Notes under the pieces: generated by a model | What the model saw: only the letters and a program-made list of their open reading frames with translations | What the model was told of the DNA's origin: nothing | The model's database searches: none | Shown here: one piece after another, positions 1 to 8,758 of the stretch | Position numbering within the stretch: position 1 is the stretch's first letter | How the letters are laid out: each line of letters begins with the position of its first letter | Position numbers and translations under genes: made by a program | DNA from: a virus | Length of the DNA: 64,000 nt | IMG/VR virus record: IMGVR_UViG_3300035670_000111 | Span: 1 to 64,000 of that record | Strand: one strand, 5' to 3'

Positions 1-114
1 TATTACTTTGACGGGGAAGAATACACATCAAACATGGAGCCGTTACTTAAGCGTATAGACAACGTAGACTCCTGCAGTAAGCAATACTTAGTGGCAGTAG
101 ATTTTCATTTCTAA
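1..114 (+). CDS. 3' end of plus-strand hypothetical protein (partial), ...YYFDGEEYTSNMEPLLKRIDNVDSCSKQYLVAVDFHF*
   Basis: Frame 1 open from window start to TAA at 112-114, immediately followed by a terminator-like hairpin. Confidence 0.65.
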   Translation, partial: YYFDGEEYTSNMEPLLKRIDNVDSCSKQYLVAVDFHF

Positions 115-118
115 AAGA

Positions 119-169
119 TTAACCCGCCCATATGAGATTCGTAGGTCGCTTCTCATATGGGCGGGTTAA
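119..169. terminator. Bidirectional intrinsic terminator at the convergence of plus- and minus-strand units
   Basis: Perfect 19-bp inverted repeat TTAACCCGCCCATATGAGA / TCTCATATGGGCGGGTTAA with 13-nt loop, A/T tracts on both sides. Confidence 0.8.
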
Positions 170-235
170 AATGTTTGTGTTGGCGGCGGCGGCGGATACG
201 TGGGTCAAAGGTTGGCCCGGTATCCCTGAGGGGGG

Positions 236-388
236 TTACTCCTTAAAAAATACTTCTTCTTCCCAATCCTCATCGTCCAACAAAAATTCGTCCTCGTCTT
301 CGTCTTCGTCTAGTTCTTCCCACTCTAGGTCATCATCTAGATCCAGATCGTCATCTTCGGACAGATCCAACCATTCTTCTTCAGTCAC
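236..388 (-). CDS. 50-aa hyperacidic protein (31 D/E), possible DNA mimic
   Basis: GTG start with AGGAG RBS; MTEEEWLDLSEDDDLDLDDDLEWEELDEDEDEDEFLLDDEDWEEEVFFKE; below the ORF-track size cutoff. Confidence 0.75.
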   Translation of the reverse strand: MTEEEWLDLSEDDDLDLDDDLEWEELDEDEDEDEFLLDDEDWEEEVFFKE

Positions 389-405
389 TTTGACTCCTAT
401 TTAAA

Positions 406-2427
406 TTAATTAAACTTTATTTCACAGGCGTCCGTTGTGCAATAGGCCTCTCCTGATGCATCCAACGCGTTGCCCTTGTAGATAGGCGATAGGTCAATAG
501 CTTTAAGTTTACCGACGTAATTATTGTACGCCTCCTCAGTAATTTCAGTATAAGGTTGCTGAGGATATACATCGTTAGCTTTTGGAAGAAAGCTCACAGT
601 CTTTAGTCTTCCCTCGTACATATGCAAAATAGTGCCGATATGTCTAGCCTCGGTCTCCTTGTCAAAACTTATAGTGACTGATACCGAGTTGTCGGCCCAC
701 TCTGATTGGGCGAGCGCAGCAAGTTCGGCCTTTTCAAATATAGATACAGTCTGTTCTGGTCGTACCGGAACGGACTTAATCGGGAAGTAAACAACCGATG
801 TATTGTCTGGATCCGTCACAGAATCTTCTACCGTGTATTTGGCTTTGATAAACAACGGAAGCATAGGGTCAGACTTTGCAAACCGGATTGCTCTAAGAAC
901 ATACTCTCCGCCAATAGGCCAGTGGACTCCGGGAGTTTCTCCGGCAAGTATGGAGACAGTACCGGAAGGCTTAACGCTTGTAGTCTTAATGGACTCTCTT
1001 ACGCATAGCCATTCGGAGTAAACCTCATCCCATTTTTGTACTTCCTGATACCCATTATCCAACCAGTCTCTCAACTTTGGAAGGCCCTTGGTATCAGCGA
1101 AAGCCGCCAAGCCTGAAACTGAACAACCAATGCGACGATTGCGTTGCATAATTGCGTTGGTATTGGGCCAATGTGTTGGTATAAGAGTTACAGTCTTTGC
1201 ATACAAATAGGCGAACTTTAGGGTACGCAAATAATCCTTAATATCTGTGTGGCGATTGATGTAGGTCTCTACCAAAGTACAGCATTCGTAAGATTCTAGA
1301 GTCTGTTCAGCGCAGGGGTTGTATCCCGCAGCGCGATAGTCCTTGTTGTTTGCCGGATCTTTTAGACGTCCGTACTTTCTAGATACATCTAGCCATATGA
1401 AACCAGGCTCACCGTTCAAAGCAATAGCCTCTACGAATGGGGTATAGTCCATACCTACTGTAGCCTCGAGAGAGTTATTGCTCATCCAACCCCAGCCAGG
1501 ATTCTGTGGGTCGTAGGAGTTTCTCTCAGGGAAGGTCTCTGGATTCTTTAAATTAACAAAATCCATATCGGTAGGCTGACCCAAAGCAAGCTCAGCTGAG
1601 CGTCGTACATTGCCCGAAACCACACATACACCGATTAGGTTTGCCACATCTACAATGTCTTTGGTGGTTAGTTTCTCATTGGCACGGCCTTCAAAAATCT
1701 TTTTGATTGACCTATGTAGTCTCTCAAGAGGCTCGGATCCAGCTGCAGTTCCTCCAAAAGTTTTAATTGGAGTACCGGCTGGACGTACCAAAGAATAATC
1801 AAAGCCATAGATTGGCTGATCCGGCTTTAGGTAAGAGTTTATTAGGGTGGCTACAGACTCAACCCATCCTTCTCGGGTATCTGCCACAACAATGGTGACC
1901 TCATCGCCTGATGGGTCATAGATGGAGAAATCTTTATCGGCACCCTTGGTATCAAATCCAACTCCAACTCCAAGCATTGAGGCTTCCATCAAGAATACGA
2001 ATGGGGAAGATGGGTCAGCCTTTGTCATATCGGAAGTAGATACGAAGGCGCAGTTTTGTAGGGCGGCAGAGTTTCTCTGCTCCATGACGAATGGAGTACC
2101 CATCATCCAAAGCCCACGTCCGGGTGGAGTCCATTTCAAATTAAATAATCTATCGAAGGCCTCTTGAGCGGATGACTGGGCTTGTTGTCCGTTCCAAGGT
2201 AGGCGGTTAGTCTTGCAGTGATCTTTCTGAATCGAATACATACCCTCAATTACTCGACGGCATACATCAGACCAGCTTTCTTTGCTTCCATCTTCTTTCA
2301 AACGAGAGTAAGTTCTCATGAAAGTTATCTCGCCTACAGAGTTGCCTCCAGCATCTGGGTATCCCCAAGGAACTTTCTTATCTTTGTATGAAGCAACAAA
2401 ATCTTCTGTGAGACGAAATGAAAACAC
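406..2427 (-). CDS. nrdJ: Class II (adenosylcobalamin-dependent) ribonucleotide reductase, monomeric RTPR type
   Basis: PPGRGLW, NCAF, GNVRRSA, NPCAEQ, KPSGTVS motifs and C-terminal CTTDAC redox pair; no small subunit adjacent. Confidence 0.93.
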   Translation of the reverse strand: MFSFRLTEDFVASYKDKKVPWGYPDAGGNSVGEITFMRTYSRLKEDGSKESWSDVCRRVIEGMYSIQKDHCKTNRLPWNGQQAQSSAQEAFDRLFNLKWTPPGRGLWMMGTPFVMEQRNSAALQNCAFVSTSDMTKADPSSPFVFLMEASMLGVGVGFDTKGADKDFSIYDPSGDEVTIVVADTREGWVESVATLINSYLKPDQPIYGFDYSLVRPAGTPIKTFGGTAAGSEPLERLHRSIKKIFEGRANEKLTTKDIVDVANLIGVCVVSGNVRRSAELALGQPTDMDFVNLKNPETFPERNSYDPQNPGWGWMSNNSLEATVGMDYTPFVEAIALNGEPGFIWLDVSRKYGRLKDPANNKDYRAAGYNPCAEQTLESYECCTLVETYINRHTDIKDYLRTLKFAYLYAKTVTLIPTHWPNTNAIMQRNRRIGCSVSGLAAFADTKGLPKLRDWLDNGYQEVQKWDEVYSEWLCVRESIKTTSVKPSGTVSILAGETPGVHWPIGGEYVLRAIRFAKSDPMLPLFIKAKYTVEDSVTDPDNTSVVYFPIKSVPVRPEQTVSIFEKAELAALAQSEWADNSVSVTISFDKETEARHIGTILHMYEGRLKTVSFLPKANDVYPQQPYTEITEEAYNNYVGKLKAIDLSPIYKGNALDASGEAYCTTDACEIKFN

Positions 2428-2454
2428 AAAGTATCCTTTCTAACGGTGGTTGGT

Positions 2455-2471
2455 CTGTTATCTGATAACAG
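2455..2471. promoter_or_regulatory. Palindromic operator-like site upstream of nrdJ
   Basis: CTGTTATC-T-GATAACAG perfect dyad; the same 16-mer recurs at 3124-3139. Confidence 0.5.
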
Positions 2472-2480
2472 TAATTTAAA

Positions 2481-3962
2481 TTATTCTAAAGAATCGGAGA
2501 TGATTTTAGTCGTTTGTTCCTCGTTTAGCCCGCCATCCGGAAGCTGTTTTAGGGTATTGGCACGGTCTCCAAACAAGGCTGACAGTACACCGCCAGAACT
2601 TTGACGCTCTACGGTCATGCGTACAAATTCTTTGTTCTCCTCCAACTCCTTTACTTGTTTTACAATCTTGAACAAACGGTCAATTTCTTGACCCGTATTT
2701 GGGTCAGGGTAACCACCGTTTACCTCCTCTGCAAATCGAGAAAACGCAACTCTGGCGCCTTGCATCTCGATTATTGCATTCAGTAAAGCCTTTAATTGTT
2801 CCTTTGTTTTTACCTCAATTGGTAGGTTAAAAGCACAGGCTGAATCAGGCTTCATGGCAGGACAATTAGCCGCCACGAAACAGGTATTGCACTGACGTAA
2901 AGATACAGATGCGTTCTCGATAATCGAGGCATCTTTGATGACATCTCGGCCGGCCTCATCCTTGTCAATAACCGTCTTGGATGTCATAGAAAATACGGGT
3001 AGAGTACGCATTTCTTCAGGGGATCTGCCCTTTATTTCAACAGATTGTTTCCGCACCTCTAGGGCACTATTATCAGGTCCGATACCCTGTGTTTCCGCAG
3101 AACCTGGGTCATCCCTATCAGTGCTGTTATCTGATAACAAGACGCCTCCCTTTTTAGTTAATTGTTGTTCAAGCTGCAAGTAAGACCAAATTGCTAATTT
3201 TGTAACTTCATTGCTGTCATCATCTAGGATTAGTTGAAAATCTAGTCCAGCTTTTTCTATTACGGCTTTATACCTAGGTCGTGCCTGGTCTTTCATCTTC
3301 TTTTGATATCTGACCAGCTTAGTTCCATCCCAGACTATAGTCTCGCCACGCATCATTGGTGAGAGCCATGCTAGGGTGCTAGCGGTCTCCAGAGGCACCT
3401 GTCGAAGGTTATCAGGGGTGGCGCAGGCCAAGCCATGGAATGAGGCTCCGTACTGGGATTTGAGGGCTCTAGCCCTTGCTGAGAGGGTCACATCGTTATT
3501 GATGGTCTCTCCCAGAATCCCAATATGAGGATAGGTTTGGGCCAGGGACATAAGGGCTGGATGGCCTAGTTCGGGGTGCCAAACAGGCATGAACCTATCT
3601 ACGCCAAAGTCTTCCCAGAAAGTCTTTCTTTGTTCATTGATCCAGACAGATCCTAGGCCTTTGGCGTCTAATTCCACGGCCATATAAATTTTATCTTCGT
3701 TGATTGCTACCCAGTCTTCGTAGTCGGCAGCATAATCCTCAAGCTCAGCTTGAGATAGGGATTCTTTATTTAAATGATAGCCGCCGCCATCCACATAGAT
3801 CCGAACATCGTCTGGGAAGCGCTCAGAGAGCAGGTAATCCTTAGTTTTAGGTAGGCCACGCTTCATCAAACGCCAGAAATTGACGCCTATATGCTTGACT
3901 CCAGCCTCTATAAGAAGCTTTCTATGGGAAGGGACTTCGCCTCCAAGGAAGACTAGATCCAT
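2481..3962 (-). CDS. TGT/DpdA-like TIM-barrel protein with C-terminal Cys4 cluster and coiled region
   Basis: YVDGGGY resembles TGT DSGGY; ELD, PVWH, HGL motifs in TGT-like order; CNTCFVAANC..C in C-terminal part; start taken as ATG 3962 coupled to upstream stop. Confidence 0.55.
   Translation of the reverse strand: MDLVFLGGEVPSHRKLLIEAGVKHIGVNFWRLMKRGLPKTKDYLLSERFPDDVRIYVDGGGYHLNKESLSQAELEDYAADYEDWVAINEDKIYMAVELDAKGLGSVWINEQRKTFWEDFGVDRFMPVWHPELGHPALMSLAQTYPHIGILGETINNDVTLSARARALKSQYGASFHGLACATPDNLRQVPLETASTLAWLSPMMRGETIVWDGTKLVRYQKKMKDQARPRYKAVIEKAGLDFQLILDDDSNEVTKLAIWSYLQLEQQLTKKGGVLLSDNSTDRDDPGSAETQGIGPDNSALEVRKQSVEIKGRSPEEMRTLPVFSMTSKTVIDKDEAGRDVIKDASIIENASVSLRQCNTCFVAANCPAMKPDSACAFNLPIEVKTKEQLKALLNAIIEMQGARVAFSRFAEEVNGGYPDPNTGQEIDRLFKIVKQVKELEENKEFVRMTVERQSSGGVLSALFGDRANTLKQLPDGGLNEEQTTKIISDSLE
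3124..3139. promoter_or_regulatory. Second copy of palindromic operator-like site (intragenic)
   Basis: CTGTTATCTGATAACA identical to 2455-2470. Confidence 0.4.
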
Positions 3963-4423
3963 TATTCCCACCTATTTAAATTATCGTCCAAAAGAATCTT
4001 TGCTCTGAGCTGCTTCTGGGCATCTAATTCTTCTTTTAGCTCTGACCACGGGCGTGCTTCACGTTTTCTTCTTGTAAATCCAGGCTTGGCAAATAGGATT
4101 GTGGTTACTCCAGAGGCTATAGCAGAGGCGCAACGGTCCACGTCACAGTCTATAAACAGTTCTATATTTCCTGAAGATCTAGCTAGCTTTAGCTGACGTA
4201 GCCTTAGATCTTGACCTTCGTAAGCCAATCTATTGTCATAGAGCTCTGCATAACCAGTTAGTAAGTTTGCCCGTAACCAATGCTCGGCCTCTTCAGATGA
4301 CCCATCAGTTGCCAGAGCAACTCTATAGGTAGCCGCCATCGTCCTGAATAGTTTTAGGCCTTCGTGTATCGGATCGCCAACTTCAGTTCTTAATACGCCG
4401 TCTATTGAAATTAAAACCGTCAT
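3962..4423 (-). CDS. HAD-fold protein (PNKP-phosphatase-like, degenerate motif I)
   Basis: ISIDGVL (cf. DxDGxL), LAT motif II, FIDCD motif IV. Confidence 0.6.
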   Translation of the reverse strand: MTVLISIDGVLRTEVGDPIHEGLKLFRTMAATYRVALATDGSSEEAEHWLRANLLTGYAELYDNRLAYEGQDLRLRQLKLARSSGNIELFIDCDVDRCASAIASGVTTILFAKPGFTRRKREARPWSELKEELDAQKQLRAKILLDDNLNRWE

Positions 4424-5340
4424 GGTTTAGTAGTGGCTGCCCTCCGTATCAGGGTCTCTGTGTCAGGTAGCTCTATACCGTAGGTGTCTAGTTGTTTTTC
4501 TTCATCATTTAAATCTTTATAATCTTTAATTGCTTTTAATGCGTGAACAACCCCGGACTTCTTGCCAGCTTGCCACCGGTAGTTATTGAAGTCAGAATAG
4601 CCGCCGCCGATCTTGCTGAAGGCAACTTTACGTCCAGCATGGATATCTTCATAAAAAGCTACAGCTTGATCTACAGCTAGTTGAAGTCTACGCTCTGCGT
4701 TGATTCTATAAGCCTCGTTTGATGCAGAAGCTTTGACGTCAGATAACGCTTGGGTGTATCTGTTGACCAGCTCCATGCCAGTTTCATAATCTTTTTGAAC
4801 TCGTTGTTCCCAAGCCCTTGAGTATGGGATAGATGGGGTTCTATCTGGTTCTACAGTCCAGGAATCAGAAATTAAATCATAGGCAGCATAAGGATTTATG
4901 TCTCGTATATCTGTTTGAGGATTTACGTAGTAAGTTAGTTCGTAGCCTTCCCAATTTTTGGTGTTAGGCATTAAAGAGTTGTAGAAACCCTCATTAAACA
5001 TCTTGGCAATTTCATCATCAGAAAGGCCAGCGTATTCCTGGTTGTATTGTCTAAATACTGGGTAGACAATGCCTACCAAACAATCTAAATCACCAGGATC
5101 TCTAGAAGCAGACCATTGATACGACACACCAGAACCTGCTAACCAAACTTTGGTCCACTTTTCAGGCATGCTGTATCGAACGCTTAGATGCTCGAATAAG
5201 ATCCTCTTTATTGCGTTTCTAACCCAAGGGCGTAGAGTTTTTCCTATAAAGATTCTCGGATCGAGCTCTGTCTCTGGTCTACTAAAGTACGAGGTGGAGC
5301 TTTGCTCCACGTTAACTTCAGAAAAACGATCCGTATCCAT
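4420..5340 (-). CDS. Pol-beta superfamily nucleotidyltransferase
   Basis: WLAGSG...GDLDCLV (hGS...DxD) and downstream YELTYYV strand. Confidence 0.75.
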   Translation of the reverse strand: MDTDRFSEVNVEQSSTSYFSRPETELDPRIFIGKTLRPWVRNAIKRILFEHLSVRYSMPEKWTKVWLAGSGVSYQWSASRDPGDLDCLVGIVYPVFRQYNQEYAGLSDDEIAKMFNEGFYNSLMPNTKNWEGYELTYYVNPQTDIRDINPYAAYDLISDSWTVEPDRTPSIPYSRAWEQRVQKDYETGMELVNRYTQALSDVKASASNEAYRINAERRLQLAVDQAVAFYEDIHAGRKVAFSKIGGGYSDFNNYRWQAGKKSGVVHALKAIKDYKDLNDEEKQLDTYGIELPDTETLIRRAATTKP

Positions 5341-5344
5341 AGGA

Positions 5345-5599
5345 CTATTCTTCAGCTTCTGCGGGTGTATGTCCTTGCTTATTCGCTGATGCTAGCTTTA
5401 AAAGGGTGTACTCCGCTGCAGTTTGGGCATGAATATCTGAAAGGATCTCTCCCATAAATCTACGAACTTCTCTCAAACTAGCGTCTCTTTCGACACTTAC
5501 TGAGAATATGTTCTTATCCATTTCTAGAAAAATCCCGCCATCTTTGCCAATTAAAACCGCAAATCCGGTAAGAAATTCTTTCTTTTGTTCCTCTGACAT
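5345..5599 (-). CDS. Hypothetical protein
   Basis: ORF with AGGAG RBS, tightly packed. Confidence 0.7.
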   Translation of the reverse strand: MSEEQKKEFLTGFAVLIGKDGGIFLEMDKNIFSVSVERDASLREVRRFMGEILSDIHAQTAAEYTLLKLASANKQGHTPAEAEE

Positions 5600-5607
5600 G
5601 TGTTCTC

Positions 5608-6189
5608 CTATTCATATGCGCCAGCTGCTTTACGCATCTGGGTTACAACGTGGGTTTTTACTGGACAAAAGTCGCACAAGTATACGTTTGTACTTGCAGA
5701 CTCTGCTGGCATTGGTAGCCCAGCTTCTTTTCTTTCCGCGTGAGTTTTAGGGATCAATCTCTTTTTAGAGTCTCTCCAATCTGAACAACCGGCTTGAGGC
5801 CGTAGATGTTCAGAATAACACTTCATTGCATCTTCATAGAAAGTTGCTTTTGTTGTGTAGTAATCTGGATCTATATCCGCTAAACCACCGCCAACTCTGG
5901 TTCTGATATTTTTAATAATCTCTTTTCTAAACTTCTCTTGTGACCAGAGCTTTACTCCAATCTTAGATAAGAAACCTGTGTGAGGTATGCCCGCGCTGTT
6001 GTGTTTTTCTATAGTTAATTCTAAAAATACATCGTCGTCTGGGTTACCCTCAAAGTCTGGAAGCTCTTCGATAGTCTTACAGTTGTAGCAATAAAGCAGA
6101 CGAATCTTTGGGCCCTCATCTCGGACCTCTACATACTCACCGCTTTGATCGGCAGGACCGCCGCTATTTCCTAAAATTGGGATGCTCAT
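5608..6189 (-). CDS. Hypothetical protein with CxxC motifs (probable Zn binding)
   Basis: CYNC, C..H....C, CDFC. Confidence 0.7.
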   Translation of the reverse strand: MSIPILGNSGGPADQSGEYVEVRDEGPKIRLLYCYNCKTIEELPDFEGNPDDDVFLELTIEKHNSAGIPHTGFLSKIGVKLWSQEKFRKEIIKNIRTRVGGGLADIDPDYYTTKATFYEDAMKCYSEHLRPQAGCSDWRDSKKRLIPKTHAERKEAGLPMPAESASTNVYLCDFCPVKTHVVTQMRKAAGAYE

Positions 6190-6225
6190 AAAACCCTCTC
6201 TACTAGAGAGGTTATCCTATCATGT

Positions 6226-6690
6226 CTAGTACTTGATACCCTTAGGTCTATATAGAGAAGTTGAGGCTGCTCGGTCCTCTTTACGCACTTTTTCTATAGC
6301 TTTTTTATCTTCAGGAATCTTATAAACTTTAAATTCACGGCCATTTACAGTTCTGATCTCATAGTCTGGGGATTTAGGGACCTTCTTAGTTGCTGCCTTC
6401 TTTTTAGCTGGCTTCTTAGGCTTTATTTCAGCCTCTGTAGCTGGCATAAACTGAAGATAATGCCTATTTAAATCTCTGGCCTCTTCACGAGTAATATGAC
6501 CTCCTTGAACAGCTTCAGCAACATGTCTGGCAGCCGGCATTCCAGAGGTAGGCTTTGCTTTAGTTCTCTTTGGATGCTTATAGCTAATTCTGGATCCTAC
6601 AGATACGTTCATATCTATGAGCTTATTTACTTCTTCCTGAGGAAGCCCTGTACCTCTAGCTCGTTCTCTAGGAACAAAAATTTTAGCCAT
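6226..6690 (-). CDS. Basic hypothetical protein
   Basis: K-rich ORF (KPKKPAKKKAATKK), RBS GGAG. Confidence 0.7.
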   Translation of the reverse strand: MAKIFVPRERARGTGLPQEEVNKLIDMNVSVGSRISYKHPKRTKAKPTSGMPAARHVAEAVQGGHITREEARDLNRHYLQFMPATEAEIKPKKPAKKKAATKKVPKSPDYEIRTVNGREFKVYKIPEDKKAIEKVRKEDRAASTSLYRPKGIKY

Positions 6691-7303
6691 TCTTTAAAGA
6701 CTCAAATTCTCCCTTTAATGCACGCATAGTTAAGCCCTCTGCTTCTTTTCTACGGCGCACGTCAGCGGCTACTTTGAATATTGGTTTACCGCCAGTATTG
6801 GGATTGCCGGACTTAGTTACCCATCGTCCTCCAGCTGTTTGATGCTTCTTTTTAGCTGCGCCCATGCTGTGTATGGATTCATCTCCAGCACGGTGAGCTT
6901 TAATAAACTTTTCTACATTTGGATCTGGGGTAGCTGAGGGAGCATCCACCTGCATTTTGTACAACTCGCTTACATCACGAGTCATAGGAGTAATCATTGG
7001 AGCGTCTAAACCTTTTTTCTCAGCCCTGCGCTTAACTTTACCAGCGCAGCTTTGGCACAAAGGCACAAAGGACACGGGCTCTACAGGAGAAGTTTCTGGA
7101 TTGCGGTTAGTTATACCGGCTAAGCGAGTAGCGTCAGAACCACAAGAAGGTCCCCAGCAAAGGTGTTCTCTACCTCGTCTTGGTCCGCCTTCTAGTACGC
7201 TTTTAGATCCTCCACCTTTGTTACCTTTTGTACCGCCTCTTTTACTCTTTACAAAAGGATTGGGAGTTTCTACCGAATAACCCTTATTCTCAGTATTGTC
7301 CAT
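6683..7303 (-). CDS. Basic hypothetical protein with Zn-finger-like CxxxxC/CxxC
   Basis: CWGPSC...CQSC; start taken at MDNTE. Confidence 0.65.
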   Translation of the reverse strand: MDNTENKGYSVETPNPFVKSKRGGTKGNKGGGSKSVLEGGPRRGREHLCWGPSCGSDATRLAGITNRNPETSPVEPVSFVPLCQSCAGKVKRRAEKKGLDAPMITPMTRDVSELYKMQVDAPSATPDPNVEKFIKAHRAGDESIHSMGAAKKKHQTAGGRWVTKSGNPNTGGKPIFKVAADVRRRKEAEGLTMRALKGEFESLKNG

Positions 7304-7634
7304 TAAAGCTCTCAATTGCACAGGTAGCGCACATGTTGCTAGCTCTAGAGTTGCTTACACTGGAATGAAACTGACTTCCGCGCTGAGATCCGCCTCCGCG
7401 GTTTCTTATACCGGCAGTTGCTGGATGAGCTTGAGAAGGATTATCAGTTAAACCAAGATGATAGCTGGCTTTTGAAGCAGCTTCTGAGACAACATCTGCG
7501 GCCATACCTCCAAGAGTCTTGGCAACTTTCTTAGCGCCTTCCTCTTTGTACATCTTTGCGGCAGGGCTATTCTTAATCTTGTCTGTAAACTTTTTAGGAC
7601 GATCGTCGTCCCCACCTACCGCTGTCTTAGCCAT
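7290..7634 (-). CDS. Hypothetical protein
   Basis: ORF abutting neighbours. Confidence 0.65.
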   Translation of the reverse strand: MAKTAVGGDDDRPKKFTDKIKNSPAAKMYKEEGAKKVAKTLGGMAADVVSEAASKASYHLGLTDNPSQAHPATAGIRNRGGGSQRGSQFHSSVSNSRASNMCATCAIESFNGQY

Positions 7635-7811
7635 TTACTTCTTCTTTTTATTCCTAAGTGCGGCTAGATCAGCAGCATCAATTTTCTTTGGGTCGCCAGC
7701 TTTTCCAGCAATCTTCTTTTGCTTTGGAGATAGTCCTTTAGCAGCAGACTTCTTTCCTTTACCGTATCCGGCTTGACCTTTTTTCTTTCCACATCCACAT
7801 ATAGCACACAT
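7635..7811 (-). CDS. 58-aa basic protein, N-terminal CxxCxC and degenerate EF-hand-like tail
   Basis: MCAICGCGKKKGQAGYGKGKKSAAKGLSPKQKKIAGKAGDPKKIDAADLAALRNKKKK; TAATG coupling upstream; fills the gap exactly. Confidence 0.75.
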   Translation of the reverse strand: MCAICGCGKKKGQAGYGKGKKSAAKGLSPKQKKIAGKAGDPKKIDAADLAALRNKKKK

Positions 7812-8089
7812 TAGTAGTTTGCTCCCATCTGATTAGCTTCCATATCAAATACAGGGTACTTGCGAGCGCGGCTAGACGCGGTGTCTCCTACCGGATTAAC
7901 CTTGTTAGCTTCCTCTGAGTTTACAAAACCATAGTTGTAGAACGGATGAAGGCCATTGCGGTTAGCGTTGGTGATGTCTTCTCCGCTTCCTGAGGCAACA
8001 GTCGTGTTAGGGCGAGCCTTACGATACTTGCCGTCCGTTGCTCCCTCAGATAAGCTCTGAGTAAGTGAGCGTGATTCGTTAGTTGCCAT
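7811..8089 (-). CDS. Hypothetical protein
   Basis: Translationally coupled ORF. Confidence 0.7.
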   Translation of the reverse strand: MATNESRSLTQSLSEGATDGKYRKARPNTTVASGSGEDITNANRNGLHPFYNYGFVNSEEANKVNPVGDTASSRARKYPVFDMEANQMGANY

Positions 8090-8316
8090 TATTTACCTTC
8101 CTTAGGTGCTGGAGACTTAACATTAGTTTCTTTAGCTCTGCGATATAAACCGCTAGGACTTTGTAAATCTTTAGTTTTAACACTCCATGGGTCAGCGGCA
8201 TGAGCCTCGTTATCAGCTTTAGCTGAGTTACTAGCTCTACCAAAAGCTTCCATAGTTAGCTGATGAGTCCGTACAGACTTAGCTACACGACGACTATCTT
8301 TCTCTCTACGCATCAT
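8089..8316 (-). CDS. Small basic hypothetical protein
   Basis: Coupled ORF; N-terminal RREKDSRRVAK. Confidence 0.7.
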   Translation of the reverse strand: MMRREKDSRRVAKSVRTHQLTMEAFGRASNSAKADNEAHAADPWSVKTKDLQSPSGLYRRAKETNVKSPAPKEGK

Positions 8317-8570
8317 TGCTTGCGCTCCGATCTAGGTGTGCGTACGACTCTAGAACCAAACGAAATCTGTGGTCCGCCTCGAGTCATTCCCATGGCCTCT
8401 GCAGGGCGACGCTCGTTTACTTGACGAGCGTGGTGCTTAGAAATGTGTGCGACATCCGCCGGAGTTACTCGACCAGACGGAGTCTCTTCCATCATTCGAC
8501 GGAAGTAATCTTCGCTGTCCTGGAACTTAGCCTGACGGCGGTTGTCCCGTTCTCTGCGTGGTGCGCTCAT
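8313..8570 (-). CDS. Small basic hypothetical protein
   Basis: Coupled ORF; N-terminal RRERDNRRQAK. Confidence 0.7.
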   Translation of the reverse strand: MSAPRRERDNRRQAKFQDSEDYFRRMMEETPSGRVTPADVAHISKHHARQVNERRPAEAMGMTRGGPQISFGSRVVRTPRSERKQ

Positions 8571-8728
8571 TTTGTTTTCTTCTTTCCTGCAAGTTTCTTA
8601 TCGTCTTTCTTAGGCTTTAGATCCTCAGCGGTCTTGAGCTTAAGAGGGACTACCTTGTAGCCCTTACTAAGAAATCCGTCTACCTTCTTGCCAGCTTTCG
8701 CTGCTTCTGAGGACTTCTTCATAGCCAT
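8567..8728 (-). CDS. 53-aa lysine-rich protein
   Basis: MAMKKSSEAAKAGKKVDGFLSKGYKVVPLKLKTAEDLKPKKDDKKLAGKKKTK; AGGAG RBS, ATGA overlap downstream. Confidence 0.75.
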   Translation of the reverse strand: MAMKKSSEAAKAGKKVDGFLSKGYKVVPLKLKTAEDLKPKKDDKKLAGKKKTK

Positions 8729-8758
8729 AGTTTCTCCTATTAGTATTCCTGTGTATGG

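Noticed and set aside
181-250. Possible tRNA (minus strand ends ...CCGCCA)
   Set aside because: Only one hairpin; no cloverleaf, T-loop GTTC or matching acceptor stem
132-404. Plus-strand 90-aa Ser-rich ORF
   Set aside because: Antisense shadow of the acidic gene 236-388; starts inside the terminator stem
2455-2471. NrdR box upstream of nrdJ
   Set aside because: Palindrome does not match the acaCwAtATaTwGtg consensus; kept as an unknown operator
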